From an uncultured Salinicola sp. (GTDB lineage Bacteria > Pseudomonadota > Gammaproteobacteria > Pseudomonadales > Halomonadaceae): DNA of 64,000 nucleotides. Shown here piece after piece: positions 9,425 through 19,262 of this stretch; within the stretch, counting starts at the first letter, position 1; each line of letters begins with the position of its first letter. The stretch lies in contig CAJWNC010000010.1 in assembly GCA_913044205.1 (NCBI GenBank), forward strand, positions 1,768 through 65,767. The letters are read 5' to 3'. The notes under the pieces were generated by a model. It searched no databases and was not told the DNA's origin. It worked only from the letters and a program-made list of their open reading frames with translations. The translations under genes were made by a program, and so were the position numbers.

Positions 9425-10428
9425 CAGTGGCGCATCCAGTGGCGCAGGGAGTCGAGCCAGCGGCTCAGGGTCGGCTGGGTGAGGTGCGCGCGGTAGGCGG
9501 CGCTGCGTTCCGCCAGGCGGTCCGGATCGGCGGCCAGGCGTTCGACTTCGGCCCAGCGATTCCATTCGACGCTCACGCCCCACTCCGGGTCCGAGAGCGC
9601 GGCGTTGGGGAGGCGGTAATGATAGGTCGGCCGGGGCTTGACCAGCGTCTCCCGGAGCAGCGCGTTGGGGTGGTCCGGCATCAGCCAGGCGAACAGCGGC
9701 AGCAGATCCAGCTCACGGTTGCGGGTCGGGTTGGCAACCAGGTAGTCGTCGATCAGCGCCTGCAGCGTGGGAGCGTAGTCCGGCGCCAGTATCCGGCGGG
9801 TGTAGTCGCTGTGGAACGGGCGTGTATGGGGCAGCATGTCCCGCGTCACGTCGACGACGATCTCGTCGCGCAGCCAGTCGGCGAGTATCAGATAGGCTCG
9901 CAGGTAGGCCACCACGCTCTCGACGTCGGGAGAGGGGATTTCCGGGTTGAGGTGGAGACCGAAGCCGTACAGCAGGCTGGCATCGGTACCCTCCGCCCCG
10001 TGCCGGCGCAGCGCCGCGAACAGCTCGTCCAGGCGCTCCAGTTCATGCCAGGGAATCGGCGGGCAGACGATCTCCGTCGGCACCAGGCCCGCCACCATGT
10101 CGCCCAGCCACTCCCGGGTGCGGCTGTGCAGGCTGGCACGCAGATGCTCGCCGATGCCCGGCGGCTGGCCGTCGATGGCGCGGGCACGGTCGAGCAAGCG
10201 CTCGTCCGGATGGACGTACTTGCTGTCCAGTTCGACATGGAAGACGCCCCATGGCGTCCCGGTCACCTGAAGGCGATGCGCGCTATGCTGCTGGACGCGA
10301 CCGCCGAACGTCATCTCGACCAGGCGTGCCGCCTGAATGGGGCCGATGCCGGCGAACTCGATCTCGACACCGACCCGGCGCGGCTGGTCGTCGGCGTTGG
10401 TGGTGTACGTTGGCGCGGTGAGAGACAC
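9424..10428 (-). CDS. Amidoligase_2 family protein (glutamine-synthetase/GCS2-like ATP-dependent amide ligase, unknown substrate)
   Basis: N-terminal RRVGVEIEF motif and overall resemblance to the putative amidoligase family as I remember it. Start set at GTG 10428, preceded by AAGGAG with a 6-nt spacer; the tracked start 10488 is also a GTG but has no SD. Confidence 0.6.
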   Translation of the reverse strand: MSLTAPTYTTNADDQPRRVGVEIEFAGIGPIQAARLVEMTFGGRVQQHSAHRLQVTGTPWGVFHVELDSKYVHPDERLLDRARAIDGQPPGIGEHLRASLHSRTREWLGDMVAGLVPTEIVCPPIPWHELERLDELFAALRRHGAEGTDASLLYGFGLHLNPEIPSPDVESVVAYLRAYLILADWLRDEIVVDVTRDMLPHTRPFHSDYTRRILAPDYAPTLQALIDDYLVANPTRNRELDLLPLFAWLMPDHPNALLRETLVKPRPTYHYRLPNAALSDPEWGVSVEWNRWAEVERLAADPDRLAERSAAYRAHLTQPTLSRWLDSLRHWMRH

Positions 10429-10554
10429 GATGGGCTCCTTGCCGATTGCTGTCGCCTGGATGAGCGTCGAATGGGCGCCGGAAGACACGGCAACGGCGTT
10501 GGCAGAGCGGTGATTCGCTCCGCTAAGCCTAGCAGTCCTGGCAGGGGATGACAG

Positions 10555-11397
10555 TCAGCCCCAGTGGGTCAGGATGACGCCGCCGAGAATCAGTCCGCCG
10601 GCGAGCAGCCGCTCGCGGCGCAACGGCTCCTTCAACCAGATCACGCCGATGGCGATGGCGAACAGCACGCTGGTCTCGCGCAAGGCCGCGACCAGCGCGA
10701 TCGGCGCCTGGGTCATGGCCCAGATGGTGATGCCGTAGGCGCCGAGGGAGAGCGCGCCGCCGATCAGACCGACCCGCCAGTGGCGGGTCAACTCGGGCAG
10801 CGTCCGAGCGCCGCGCATGGCCACCAGCGCCAGCAGCATGCCGAAGCCGTCGAGCAGGAACAGCCAGATCACGTAGCCGATCGCATCGCCGTTGGCGCGT
10901 GCGCCGCTGCCGTCGGCCAGGGTGTAGCCGGCGATGAAGGCGGAGGTCGTCAGGGCATTGACCAGCGAGGCGCGTTCCAGGCGCGGCCCCTTGCCGCCCC
11001 GGAAGGCCATGCACAGGATGCCGAGGACCAGCACCGCGATCCCCGCATAGCCGATCCACGAGGGGTGCTCGCTGAGTGCGAAGACGCCGATCAGCGTCAC
11101 CAGCAGCGGTGCGCAACCCCGGGCGATGGGGTAGATCTGGCCGAGGTCGCCGACCCGGTAGGCCCGGGCCAGGAACACGTTGTAGCCGATATGCAGAACC
11201 GCCGATACCGCCAGCCACGGCCAGGCTTCCGCCCGCGGCAGCGGCACGAAGGCGACCCCGGCGAGGGCGATCACAGCGCAGGCGGCCTGAATCAGCGAGA
11301 TGCTCAGCAACCGGTCCAGGCCCACCTTGACCAGCGCATTCCAGCTGGCGTGCATCAGGGCACCGGCCAGCACGGCGAGGAAGACGGGCGTCGTCAA
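10555..11397 (-). CDS. EamA/DMT family transporter
   Basis: 280 aa, about ten hydrophobic segments, two-EamA-repeat style sequence; 126 bp upstream of the proposed amidoligase start (66 bp from the tracked ORF start), same strand. Confidence 0.8.
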   Translation of the reverse strand: MTTPVFLAVLAGALMHASWNALVKVGLDRLLSISLIQAACAVIALAGVAFVPLPRAEAWPWLAVSAVLHIGYNVFLARAYRVGDLGQIYPIARGCAPLLVTLIGVFALSEHPSWIGYAGIAVLVLGILCMAFRGGKGPRLERASLVNALTTSAFIAGYTLADGSGARANGDAIGYVIWLFLLDGFGMLLALVAMRGARTLPELTRHWRVGLIGGALSLGAYGITIWAMTQAPIALVAALRETSVLFAIAIGVIWLKEPLRRERLLAGGLILGGVILTHWG

Positions 11398-11568
11398 CGC
11401 AAATCCTTTTCACTGCGGGTATTCGAGGGCAATGACGCTACGGCTGTCATTCAATTGTCATATCTTGCCACAGGCTTCGGGTGATCGTCGCCCTGCGCCA
11501 CGGTAGGATGGCACGACCATGATCGGTGCCTCATCGATCCCCGTCGCCCCGTGAATCCCGGAGAACGG

Positions 11569-14500
11569 ATGTTCAGCGTCCTGCATGCCAATCATCTTGA
11601 AGATCTGCACGACCTGGCATTGGCGCTGATCAAGCGCCATCGACTGCCGCCACTGACCCCGGAGACTTTCCTGGTGCAGTCCAACGGCATGGCCCAGTGG
11701 CTGCGCCTGTCGCTGGCCGAAGCCGACGGGATCGCCGCCTCGGTGGATTTCCCGCTGCCCTCGAGCTTCGTCTGGCGTGCCTACCGCGCGGTGCTCGAAC
11801 AGGCCGGAGGGGAGGACGAGGGGCAGTCGATTCCGCTGCACTCGCCGTTCGACAAGCGGCCGCTGGCGTGGCGTATCTTTCGGCTGCTGGAGAGCGCGGT
11901 CGCCGCGGAACCGGTCGTATTCGCGCCGCTCGCCCACTATCTGGGCGCCGGGCCGGCTGGCGCGATGCCAGACGCTGCGGGGGGCGAGTCCGGTGGCGAG
12001 GTCCCTGCGATGACTGGCGTGCAGCGCAGGGCGGCCGAGCAGGCGGAGCGCAAGCGCTGGCAACTGGCGGTCCGCCTGGCGGATCTGTTCGACCAGTATC
12101 TCAACTATCGCCCGGACTGGCTGGCAGCGTGGGAGGCGGGGGAGGAGTCGCCTCGGGACCTGCCCGTCGACCAGCGCTGGCAGCCGGCGCTATGGCGGGC
12201 GCTGATCGATGACGCCGGGCCCGACGAGCGGGCGTTTCACCGCGCCAACCTGCATGGTCGTTTCCTGCACGCCGCCAGGCGACTGCAGAGCTGCCCCAGG
12301 GGGTTGCCGCCGAGGCTCTTCGTCTTCGGCATCTCGGCGCTGCCGTCGCAGACGCTGGAGGCGCTGCATGCGCTCTCCGGGGTCATCGATGTGTTTCTGA
12401 TGATCACCAACCCCTGCCGCCACTACTGGGGCGACATCGTCTCCGACCGCGAGGCGATCAAGCGCGCCGGTCGGCTCTCCGCCGAGGCGGTGGCACGCCA
12501 GCAGGCCCGCCACCCCGAAGCGCCCTGGCTCGAAACGCTGGACGAGGAGGCGCTGCACCTTCAGGCCAACCCGCTGTTGGCCGCCTGGGGCGCCCAGGGC
12601 CGCGACTTCATCGTCGGTCTCTACGAGTTCGAGAGCCAGGATGGCGGTTTCGACGTCGAGACCGATCTCTTTCGCGACCCGGCGGCGGACGCTGAATCGG
12701 CTGCCGAACGAGCGCCCCTGCTCAACCAGTTGCAGCAGGACATCCTCGATCTCAGGCATCCGGGGGAGCGCACCCGGGAGAGCGGTAAACGCAAGATCGC
12801 GGCGGACGACGCCTCGCTGTCGCTGTTCAGCGTGCATTCGCCGCTGCGCGAAGTGGAAGTGCTGCACGACCGGCTGCTGGCGGCCTTCGAGGAGGCCAGT
12901 GCCGAGGGGGCGCCGCTGCGGCCGCGTGACATCCTGGTGATGGTGCCGGAGATCGACGTCTACGCCCCCTATATCGAAGCGGTTTTCGGCCGGCTGCCCA
13001 CGGACGATCCGCGCCATATCCCCTTCACCATCGCCGACCAGGTTGCCAGTGAAGCGCATCCGATGATGGTGCTGATCCTGTCGCTACTGGAACTGCCCGA
13101 GCGGCGGCTGGGGGTGAGCGAACTGCTCGATGCGCTCGATGTGCCGGCGTTTCGGGCCCGTTTCGCCATCGACGAAGCCGAACTGCCGCGCCTGCGGCGG
13201 TGGCTGGCGGACAGCGGCGTGCGCTGGGGACTCTCGGGCGCGCATCGCCAGGCGCTCGGGTTTCCGGCGCTGCACGAGAACAGCTGGGCGTTCGGGCTCG
13301 AACGCATGCTGCTGGGGTATTCCACCGGCGCTTTGCCCTCCACCGGCCCGATGCCGTCGGGGCGATCCTCTGGGGCCGTCCACCGGCCCGATGCCGCCGG
13401 GCCGCAAGTACCGAACGGGACGTCTGCCGACAGCGCGTGGCAGTTCGACGCCATCGTGCCCTACGACGAGGTGGGCGGGTTGGAGGCGGATCTGGCGGGG
13501 CGGCTCGCCGAGCTGATGCAGGTGCTGGCCGCCCAGTGCGAGGCCCTGAGCGAAGCTGGCACGCCAGCGGGCTGGCTGATGCGACTGCGATCGCTGATGG
13601 AGGCGCTGTTCGCGCCGACGGCACTGGACGAGCACGATGTGCTGGCGCGGGTGGACCAGGCGCTGGGCCGCTGGCAGGAGAGCTGCGAGCTGGCCTCGTT
13701 CTCGCAGCCGATCGGCCTGGCGGTGGTGCGCGATGCGCTCAAGGCCGAGCTCGACGACGGCGGCCTGGCCCAGCGCTTCCTCGCCGGCAAGGTCAATTTC
13801 GCCACGTTGATGCCGATGCGTGCCATTCCGTTCCGGCAGGTCTACCTGCTGGGGATGAACGACGGCGCCTATCCCCGAACCCGCCAGCCCCAGGACTTCG
13901 ACCTGATGGCGCAGCGCCCGCGGCCGGGGGATCGCTCGCGCCGCGACGACGATCGCTACCTGCTGCTCGAGGCGCTGCTCTCCGCCCGCGAACGGTTGAC
14001 GCTGTCGTGGGTCGGCTTCGACCAGCGCGACAACACGCCGCGACCGCCCTCGGTGCTGATCGGCGAACTGCTCGATACCCTCGAGCAGGGCTGGCGTCCG
14101 GCCGGCCCTCCGGGGGATGGCCCGGCGGTGGACGACGAGACGGCGCTGGCGGCACGGCTGATCGAGACCCACCCGCTGCAACCGTTTTCGCGTCGCTACT
14201 TCCAGGCCGACGATCCACGCTACACCTTCGATGCCAGTTGGGCGCCATTGCACGACACCCGCGACGATGCCGAACGGGACACCGGGCAGAACGTCGCCGA
14301 GCCGGCCCCGCCCCCGTCGCCGGACGAAGCGCTGGCGCTGGCCGACCTGCAGCGGCTGCTGCGCCGCCCCTGGAGCGTCTACCTCGGCCGCCTGGGAGTG
14401 CGTTTCCAGGAGGCCGAAGTTCCCGACGAGGATAGCGAGCCTTTCGTCCTCGATGCGCTGGAGGACCACACCGTCAAGCGCGAACTGCTGGACGCCGGGC

Positions 14501-15333
14501 GCCGCGGCGAACCGCTGGTGCAGATGGCGGACCGGCTGCGTCTGGCGGGGCGCCTGCCGGCTGCCGGTTTCGGCCTGGCCACCATCGAGCCGACGCTGAA
14601 ACGGCTGGAGACGCAACTGGAGACCTGGCGACGATTGACCGCGACCGCCAGCGAGCGGGAGCCGCCACTGCTGCGTTTCGAGGCAGCGGCTGCCGACGAC
14701 GTGCCGTCGCTGGCGCTGGAGGCGCGCGTCGACGGACTGTTCACGGACGAGCAGGGCGGCTGCCGATTGATGACGCTGGAAACCAGCCATTTCGGTCACT
14801 TCAAGCCCGAGGGCGACGGCCCGTGGAAGAAGCTCGGCAAGCCGCATCGACTCCATGCCGGCTATCTGCGCTGGCTGCTGGTCAATGCGGCTGGCGAGGC
14901 GTCGTGTCACTGGACGGCGATCTTCGAGGATCGCTGTCTCGATTTCCCGCCGCTGGAACGGCTCGAGGCGAGGCGGCGACTGACAGCGTGGTTGGCGAGC
15001 TGGTGGCGGGCCTGGTGCAAGCCGCTGCCGGCCTCGGGGGAGCTGGTCCGCACGCTGTGGGGCCAGTGCCGTGCCGAGACGCTGCAAGCCCTGGCCGCGG
15101 GAGAGGCGCCCGAACCGGCGTTGCGGGAGCGGCTTGCCGCGGACTACGAGGCCGGCAACTACCAAGTCGCGGCGCTGGTCCAGCGAGAGGGCGGCCTGGG
15201 CCAGCTCTGGCGTGACTTCGAGGCGTTCGAGGCGGCCGGTGGCGTGGCCGAGAGCGTCCGCCACTACCAGCCGCTGCTGGAGGCGATGCGCCAGGCGTCG
15301 CAGCGCATTCATCTTCCGAGGGGCGACTCATGA
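11569..15333 (+). CDS. recC: Exodeoxyribonuclease V gamma subunit RecC
   Basis: N-terminus MFSVLHANHLEDL...LVQSNGMAQWLRLSLAE...DFPLPSSFVW parallels E. coli RecC; ATG 11569 is preceded by GGAGAA; stop overlaps the recB start. Confidence 0.93.
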   Translation: MFSVLHANHLEDLHDLALALIKRHRLPPLTPETFLVQSNGMAQWLRLSLAEADGIAASVDFPLPSSFVWRAYRAVLEQAGGEDEGQSIPLHSPFDKRPLAWRIFRLLESAVAAEPVVFAPLAHYLGAGPAGAMPDAAGGESGGEVPAMTGVQRRAAEQAERKRWQLAVRLADLFDQYLNYRPDWLAAWEAGEESPRDLPVDQRWQPALWRALIDDAGPDERAFHRANLHGRFLHAARRLQSCPRGLPPRLFVFGISALPSQTLEALHALSGVIDVFLMITNPCRHYWGDIVSDREAIKRAGRLSAEAVARQQARHPEAPWLETLDEEALHLQANPLLAAWGAQGRDFIVGLYEFESQDGGFDVETDLFRDPAADAESAAERAPLLNQLQQDILDLRHPGERTRESGKRKIAADDASLSLFSVHSPLREVEVLHDRLLAAFEEASAEGAPLRPRDILVMVPEIDVYAPYIEAVFGRLPTDDPRHIPFTIADQVASEAHPMMVLILSLLELPERRLGVSELLDALDVPAFRARFAIDEAELPRLRRWLADSGVRWGLSGAHRQALGFPALHENSWAFGLERMLLGYSTGALPSTGPMPSGRSSGAVHRPDAAGPQVPNGTSADSAWQFDAIVPYDEVGGLEADLAGRLAELMQVLAAQCEALSEAGTPAGWLMRLRSLMEALFAPTALDEHDVLARVDQALGRWQESCELASFSQPIGLAVVRDALKAELDDGGLAQRFLAGKVNFATLMPMRAIPFRQVYLLGMNDGAYPRTRQPQDFDLMAQRPRPGDRSRRDDDRYLLLEALLSARERLTLSWVGFDQRDNTPRPPSVLIGELLDTLEQGWRPAGPPGDGPAVDDETALAARLIETHPLQPFSRRYFQADDPRYTFDASWAPLHDTRDDAERDTGQNVAEPAPPPSPDEALALADLQRLLRRPWSVYLGRLGVRFQEAEVPDEDSEPFVLDALEDHTVKRELLDAGRRGEPLVQMADRLRLAGRLPAAGFGLATIEPTLKRLETQLETWRRLTATASEREPPLLRFEAAAADDVPSLALEARVDGLFTDEQGGCRLMTLETSHFGHFKPEGDGPWKKLGKPHRLHAGYLRWLLVNAAGEASCHWTAIFEDRCLDFPPLERLEARRRLTAWLASWWRAWCKPLPASGELVRTLWGQCRAETLQALAAGEAPEPALRERLAADYEAGNYQVAALVQREGGLGQLWRDFEAFEAAGGVAESVRHYQPLLEAMRQASQRIHLPRGDS

Positions 15334-18300
15334 CCGACAGCCGCGACCGTGCCGATGCCGCGATGGACGAGGAGGTCGTCCCGCTGGCGCTCGACGGCCT
15401 GCCGTTGACCGGACGGCATCTGATCGAGGCCAGTGCCGGCACCGGCAAGACCTTCACCCTGGCGGCACTCTACGTTCGCCTGGTGCTGGGGCCGCTACCC
15501 GGGCGCGAGGCGGTGGATTTCCCGCGTCCGTTGACGCCGCCGGAGATTCTGGTGGTGACCTTCACCGAGGCCGCCACCGCCGAGCTTCGCGGGCGTATCC
15601 GCGCGCGCCTCAAGCAGGCGCGTGACTGGCTGCTGGCCCGCCCCGAGGACCGCGCCGACCCGGTGCTGGCGACCCTGCTGGCACCGCTTGCGGCTACCGG
15701 AGAGACCGCCTGCCGCGGCGGGGCCAAGCGGCTGGACCAGGCCGCGCGACTGATGGACGAGGCGGCGATCTTCACCATTCACGGCTTCTGCCAGCGGATG
15801 CTGACCCGCCACGCCTTCGACGCCGGAGCGCGGTTCTCCGCCGAACTGCTGCAGGATGGACAGACGCTGCTGGCCCGGACGGTGGAGGATTACTGGCGGT
15901 GCGAGTTCTATCCGCTCGACGAGCGCTGGCAGCGCCAGATCCGCTCGCGCTGGAGCGGGCCGGAGGCCCTGACCACCGCGTTGCGGCCGTTGCTGAAGGA
16001 TGGCGAGCCACAGCCGCTGTGGGTGGATGGCGTGGCGGTGACTGCGCCCACATCGCTGGCGGCGTTGCTCGGCGGTTTCGAGCGTGAAATGGAGAAACGC
16101 CAGGAGATCGAGTCCGCCCTGCGCGGGCACTGGGATGGGGAGGCGATCCGCCAGACGCTGCAGGGGGCGTTCGACGCCGACGCGCTGAAGAAGAACAGCT
16201 ACAAGCCGGAAGAGCTCGAAACCCGTCTCGCCGCCTTCCAGAGCTGGCTCGAGCAGGGCAGTTTCGACAAGGCGGAGGATGTCACCGACAGCAGCGGCCG
16301 TTTCTGGCTCAGCCAGGAGAAGCTGGCGGGCGCGACGAAGAAGAATGCGGCGGTGCCCGAGCATCCGTTCTTCGGCTGGCTGGATCGGCTCGCCGAGGCC
16401 GGCACGCCATTCGATGCGATTGCCTCTCAGGTGCTGGTGCACGCCCGTGACCGGATCGCGATAGCGTTCGCGGAGGAGAAGCGGCGCCGCGGGCTGTGGG
16501 AGTTCTCGGATCTGCTCAACGATCTCGATGCCGCCCTGGCGCCGGGCCGGAACGGCGGCGATGCCGCGCTGCGGCTGGCGGCGCGTATCCGCCAGGAACT
16601 GCCGGTGGCGCTGATCGACGAGTTCCAGGATACCGATCCGGTCCAGTACCGGATCTTCTCGCAGGTCTATCGGGCCCCGGAGAGCGACCCCACCGCCACC
16701 GCGCTGCTGATGATCGGCGATCCCAAGCAGGCGATCTACGCCTTTCGCGGTGCCGACATCCACACCTACCTGCGCGCGCGTCGGGCCACGCCGAGCCGCT
16801 TCACGCTGATGCGCAACTTCCGTTCGACACAGACCATGGTCGAGGCCACCAACGCGCTGTTCCAGCGTCACCCCCAGCCGTTCGGCAGCGCCGAGATACC
16901 GTTCGTGGCGATCGACTCCCAGCCCAAGCCGACGCGGCTGGTCGACCGAGACGGTGGGCCGGTGTCCGCGCTGGGAGTGTGGTGGCCGGACACCGAGCGC
17001 TACAGCCAGGGCGATTATCAGGCGACGATGGCGTCGGCGACCCGGGCCGAGGTCCAGCGGTTGCTGGAGGGCGAGTGGCGCTTCGCCGGCGCCACCGGCG
17101 AGCGTGCGGTCCAGCCGGCCGATATCGCCATCCTGGTACGTAACGGGCCGGAGGCACTCAAGGTGCGACGGGCGCTCGCCGACGGCGGGATCCGTAGCGT
17201 CTACCTCAGCGAGAAGTCGAGCGTGTTCGACACCCCGCAGGCGTTCGAGCTGTTGCAGCTGTTCGAGGCGGTGGCCCAGCCGCGCCAGGATGCCCGGCTC
17301 AAGGCGGCACTGGCGACCCAGTTGCTCAACGATTCGCCGCGGGCCCTGGAAGCGCTGCTGGCCGACGAGCTGGCGTGGGAGCGCGAAGTCGAGCGCTTCG
17401 GCGACTACCATCGCCAGTGGCAACGGCGCGGCGTACTGCCCATGTTGCGCAGGGTGATGCAGGATTTCCGCGTCGCCGAACGGCTGGCCCAGCGCGTCGA
17501 CGGCGAGCGGGCGTTGACCGATCTGCTCCATCTCGGTGAACTGGCCCAGAACGCCCAGCAGCGGCTCGATGGCGAACAGGCGCTGCTGCGCTGGTGGCAC
17601 CGGGCGCTGCAGGAGGGCGTCGCGACGTTGGACAGCCAGGCGCTCAGCCAGCGTCTCGAGAGCGACGAGGATCTGGTCCGGGTGGTCACCGTGCACAAGT
17701 CCAAGGGACTCGAGTATCCCATCGTGTTGCTGCCGTTCGTCTGCTCGCATCGGCCGGCGGAGCCGGATCGCCGGACCGGACTGCTGGCGGTGAGGCCTCC
17801 CGGCGACGAAGGCAGCGTGCTGGTGGCCTCGCCTGACGACGATCACCAGCGCGAGGCCGATCTGGCGCGACTCGACGAGGATGTCCGTCTGCTCTACGTC
17901 GCGCTGACCCGTGCCGCCTACGCTTGTCGACTGGGTGTCGCCCATGTCGGTCGCGGGCGGGGCCAGGGCGGCTGCCTGCACGAGACCGCGCTGGGCCGGT
18001 TGCTGGGCAGCGCGCAGACGGACGATGGTGCGGCGCTGCTGGATCGGCTGCGGCAGGGCCAGCGCGACGGCTGGCTGGCGGTCGAGCCGCTGCCCGAACC
18101 GCCGGATCACCGGCTGCGAGCGGCGATGGCCGCCCCGGAGACCAAACCGGCGCGGATCTTCGACGGCGAGATCGACGATGACTGGTGGATCGCCTCCTAC
18201 ACCTCGCTGATAGCGGATGCCCGTCGCACCGTGGGCGAGGAGGAGGAGGCGTGGAACGGCGACGACACCGGCGATGGTGGGGGCGAGGATGCGGTCGCGG

Positions 18301-19262
18301 CCAGCGAGGACCTGCCGGCGACGCTGGACATCGAGGTCAGCCGCGAGCGGGATCCGGTACCGCGGCCCAGTATCCGTGCGCTGTTCGATTTCCCGCGGGG
18401 GCCACGCCCGGGAACCTTCCTGCACGGCTTGCTGGAAACGCTCGACTTCGATCGCCTGGACGAGCCCGGCTATGCCGTGGCGCTGCGCCGGGAGATCGAC
18501 CGCCGTCTGGCGACCAGCGGATTCGATGCCGAGTGGGCGCCGCTGTTGCAGGCGCTGCTGCTGGAGCGGCTGCGCTCGCCGTTGATGGCCGTCGACGGCC
18601 ACTCGGTGCGCCTCGATCGCCTCGAGTCATGGCGGCCCGAGCTCGAGTTCTGGCTGCCGGCATCGGCAGCCTGGAGCGAGCCGCTGGATCGTCTCGTCTC
18701 ACGGCTCGAGCCGCTGCCAGGCCGACGACCCCGGCTGACGCCGCGCAAGCTCAACGGCATGCTCAAGGGCTATATCGATCTGGTCTTCGAATCGGGAGGG
18801 CGCTGGTACGTGCTCGACTGGAAATCCAATCATCTGGGCGATACGCCGGACGACTACCAGGGCGAGCGCCTGGCCGCGGCGATGGTGGATCACCGCTACG
18901 ACCTGCAGTACGTGCTCTACGTGCTGGCGCTACACCGCCTGCTCGCGTCGCGGCTGGAGGATTACGATTACGACCGGCACATGGGCGGCGCCTGCTACGT
19001 CTTCCTGCGGGGACTTTCCGAGGCGCCGCTGTCCATGGCGCCCAAAGCCGCGCCTGAGTCTGCCAAGGCGCCCAAAGACGCGCCTGAGTCTGCCATGGCG
19101 GCCCAGGGCGCGTTCGAGCCTGGCATGGCGTCCGAAGTCGCCCCCGGGGTGTTCCACCGGCGCCCGTCGCGGGCGTTGATCGAGGCGCTGGATGCGTGGC
19201 TCGAGGGTGACGCCGGGCCGGCGGGCGCGTTGCTGCGACAACCCACGGAGATACCGACATGA
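15330..19262 (+). CDS. recB: Exodeoxyribonuclease V beta subunit RecB (helicase-nuclease)
   Basis: UvrD-type helicase motifs (EASAGTGKTFTL, DEFQDTD, TVHKSKGLEYPIV) and C-terminal PD-(D/E)xK nuclease region (GYIDLVFE...); ATGA overlaps at both ends. Confidence 0.93.
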   Translation: MTDSRDRADAAMDEEVVPLALDGLPLTGRHLIEASAGTGKTFTLAALYVRLVLGPLPGREAVDFPRPLTPPEILVVTFTEAATAELRGRIRARLKQARDWLLARPEDRADPVLATLLAPLAATGETACRGGAKRLDQAARLMDEAAIFTIHGFCQRMLTRHAFDAGARFSAELLQDGQTLLARTVEDYWRCEFYPLDERWQRQIRSRWSGPEALTTALRPLLKDGEPQPLWVDGVAVTAPTSLAALLGGFEREMEKRQEIESALRGHWDGEAIRQTLQGAFDADALKKNSYKPEELETRLAAFQSWLEQGSFDKAEDVTDSSGRFWLSQEKLAGATKKNAAVPEHPFFGWLDRLAEAGTPFDAIASQVLVHARDRIAIAFAEEKRRRGLWEFSDLLNDLDAALAPGRNGGDAALRLAARIRQELPVALIDEFQDTDPVQYRIFSQVYRAPESDPTATALLMIGDPKQAIYAFRGADIHTYLRARRATPSRFTLMRNFRSTQTMVEATNALFQRHPQPFGSAEIPFVAIDSQPKPTRLVDRDGGPVSALGVWWPDTERYSQGDYQATMASATRAEVQRLLEGEWRFAGATGERAVQPADIAILVRNGPEALKVRRALADGGIRSVYLSEKSSVFDTPQAFELLQLFEAVAQPRQDARLKAALATQLLNDSPRALEALLADELAWEREVERFGDYHRQWQRRGVLPMLRRVMQDFRVAERLAQRVDGERALTDLLHLGELAQNAQQRLDGEQALLRWWHRALQEGVATLDSQALSQRLESDEDLVRVVTVHKSKGLEYPIVLLPFVCSHRPAEPDRRTGLLAVRPPGDEGSVLVASPDDDHQREADLARLDEDVRLLYVALTRAAYACRLGVAHVGRGRGQGGCLHETALGRLLGSAQTDDGAALLDRLRQGQRDGWLAVEPLPEPPDHRLRAAMAAPETKPARIFDGEIDDDWWIASYTSLIADARRTVGEEEEAWNGDDTGDGGGEDAVAASEDLPATLDIEVSRERDPVPRPSIRALFDFPRGPRPGTFLHGLLETLDFDRLDEPGYAVALRREIDRRLATSGFDAEWAPLLQALLLERLRSPLMAVDGHSVRLDRLESWRPELEFWLPASAAWSEPLDRLVSRLEPLPGRRPRLTPRKLNGMLKGYIDLVFESGGRWYVLDWKSNHLGDTPDDYQGERLAAAMVDHRYDLQYVLYVLALHRLLASRLEDYDYDRHMGGACYVFLRGLSEAPLSMAPKAAPESAKAPKDAPESAMAAQGAFEPGMASEVAPGVFHRRPSRALIEALDAWLEGDAGPAGALLRQPTEIPT

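Noticed and set aside
11551-11568. Upstream GTG start for recC
   Set aside because: The ATG at 11569 has a GGAGAA SD at suitable spacing, and the protein then aligns from residue 1 with the E. coli RecC N-terminus.
13084-15312. 742-aa ORF antisense to recC
   Set aside because: Same reasoning: it is a shadow ORF opposite a confidently identified gene, with no motifs and a biased composition.
15495-18602. 1035-aa ORF antisense to recB
   Set aside because: It lies entirely within and opposite a gene with unmistakable RecB helicase/nuclease motifs. The translation is Arg/Ala/Gly/Pro/Leu/Gln-rich and low-complexity, with no recognisable domain. This is a typical stop-codon-poor shadow frame in GC-rich DNA.
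19037-19096. Tandem or direct repeats (also 39270-39305 and 46250-46289) as a CRISPR array
   Set aside because: Each has only two copies, with no spacers of CRISPR length and no cas genes. One lies in-frame inside recB. I noticed no CRISPR array in this window.
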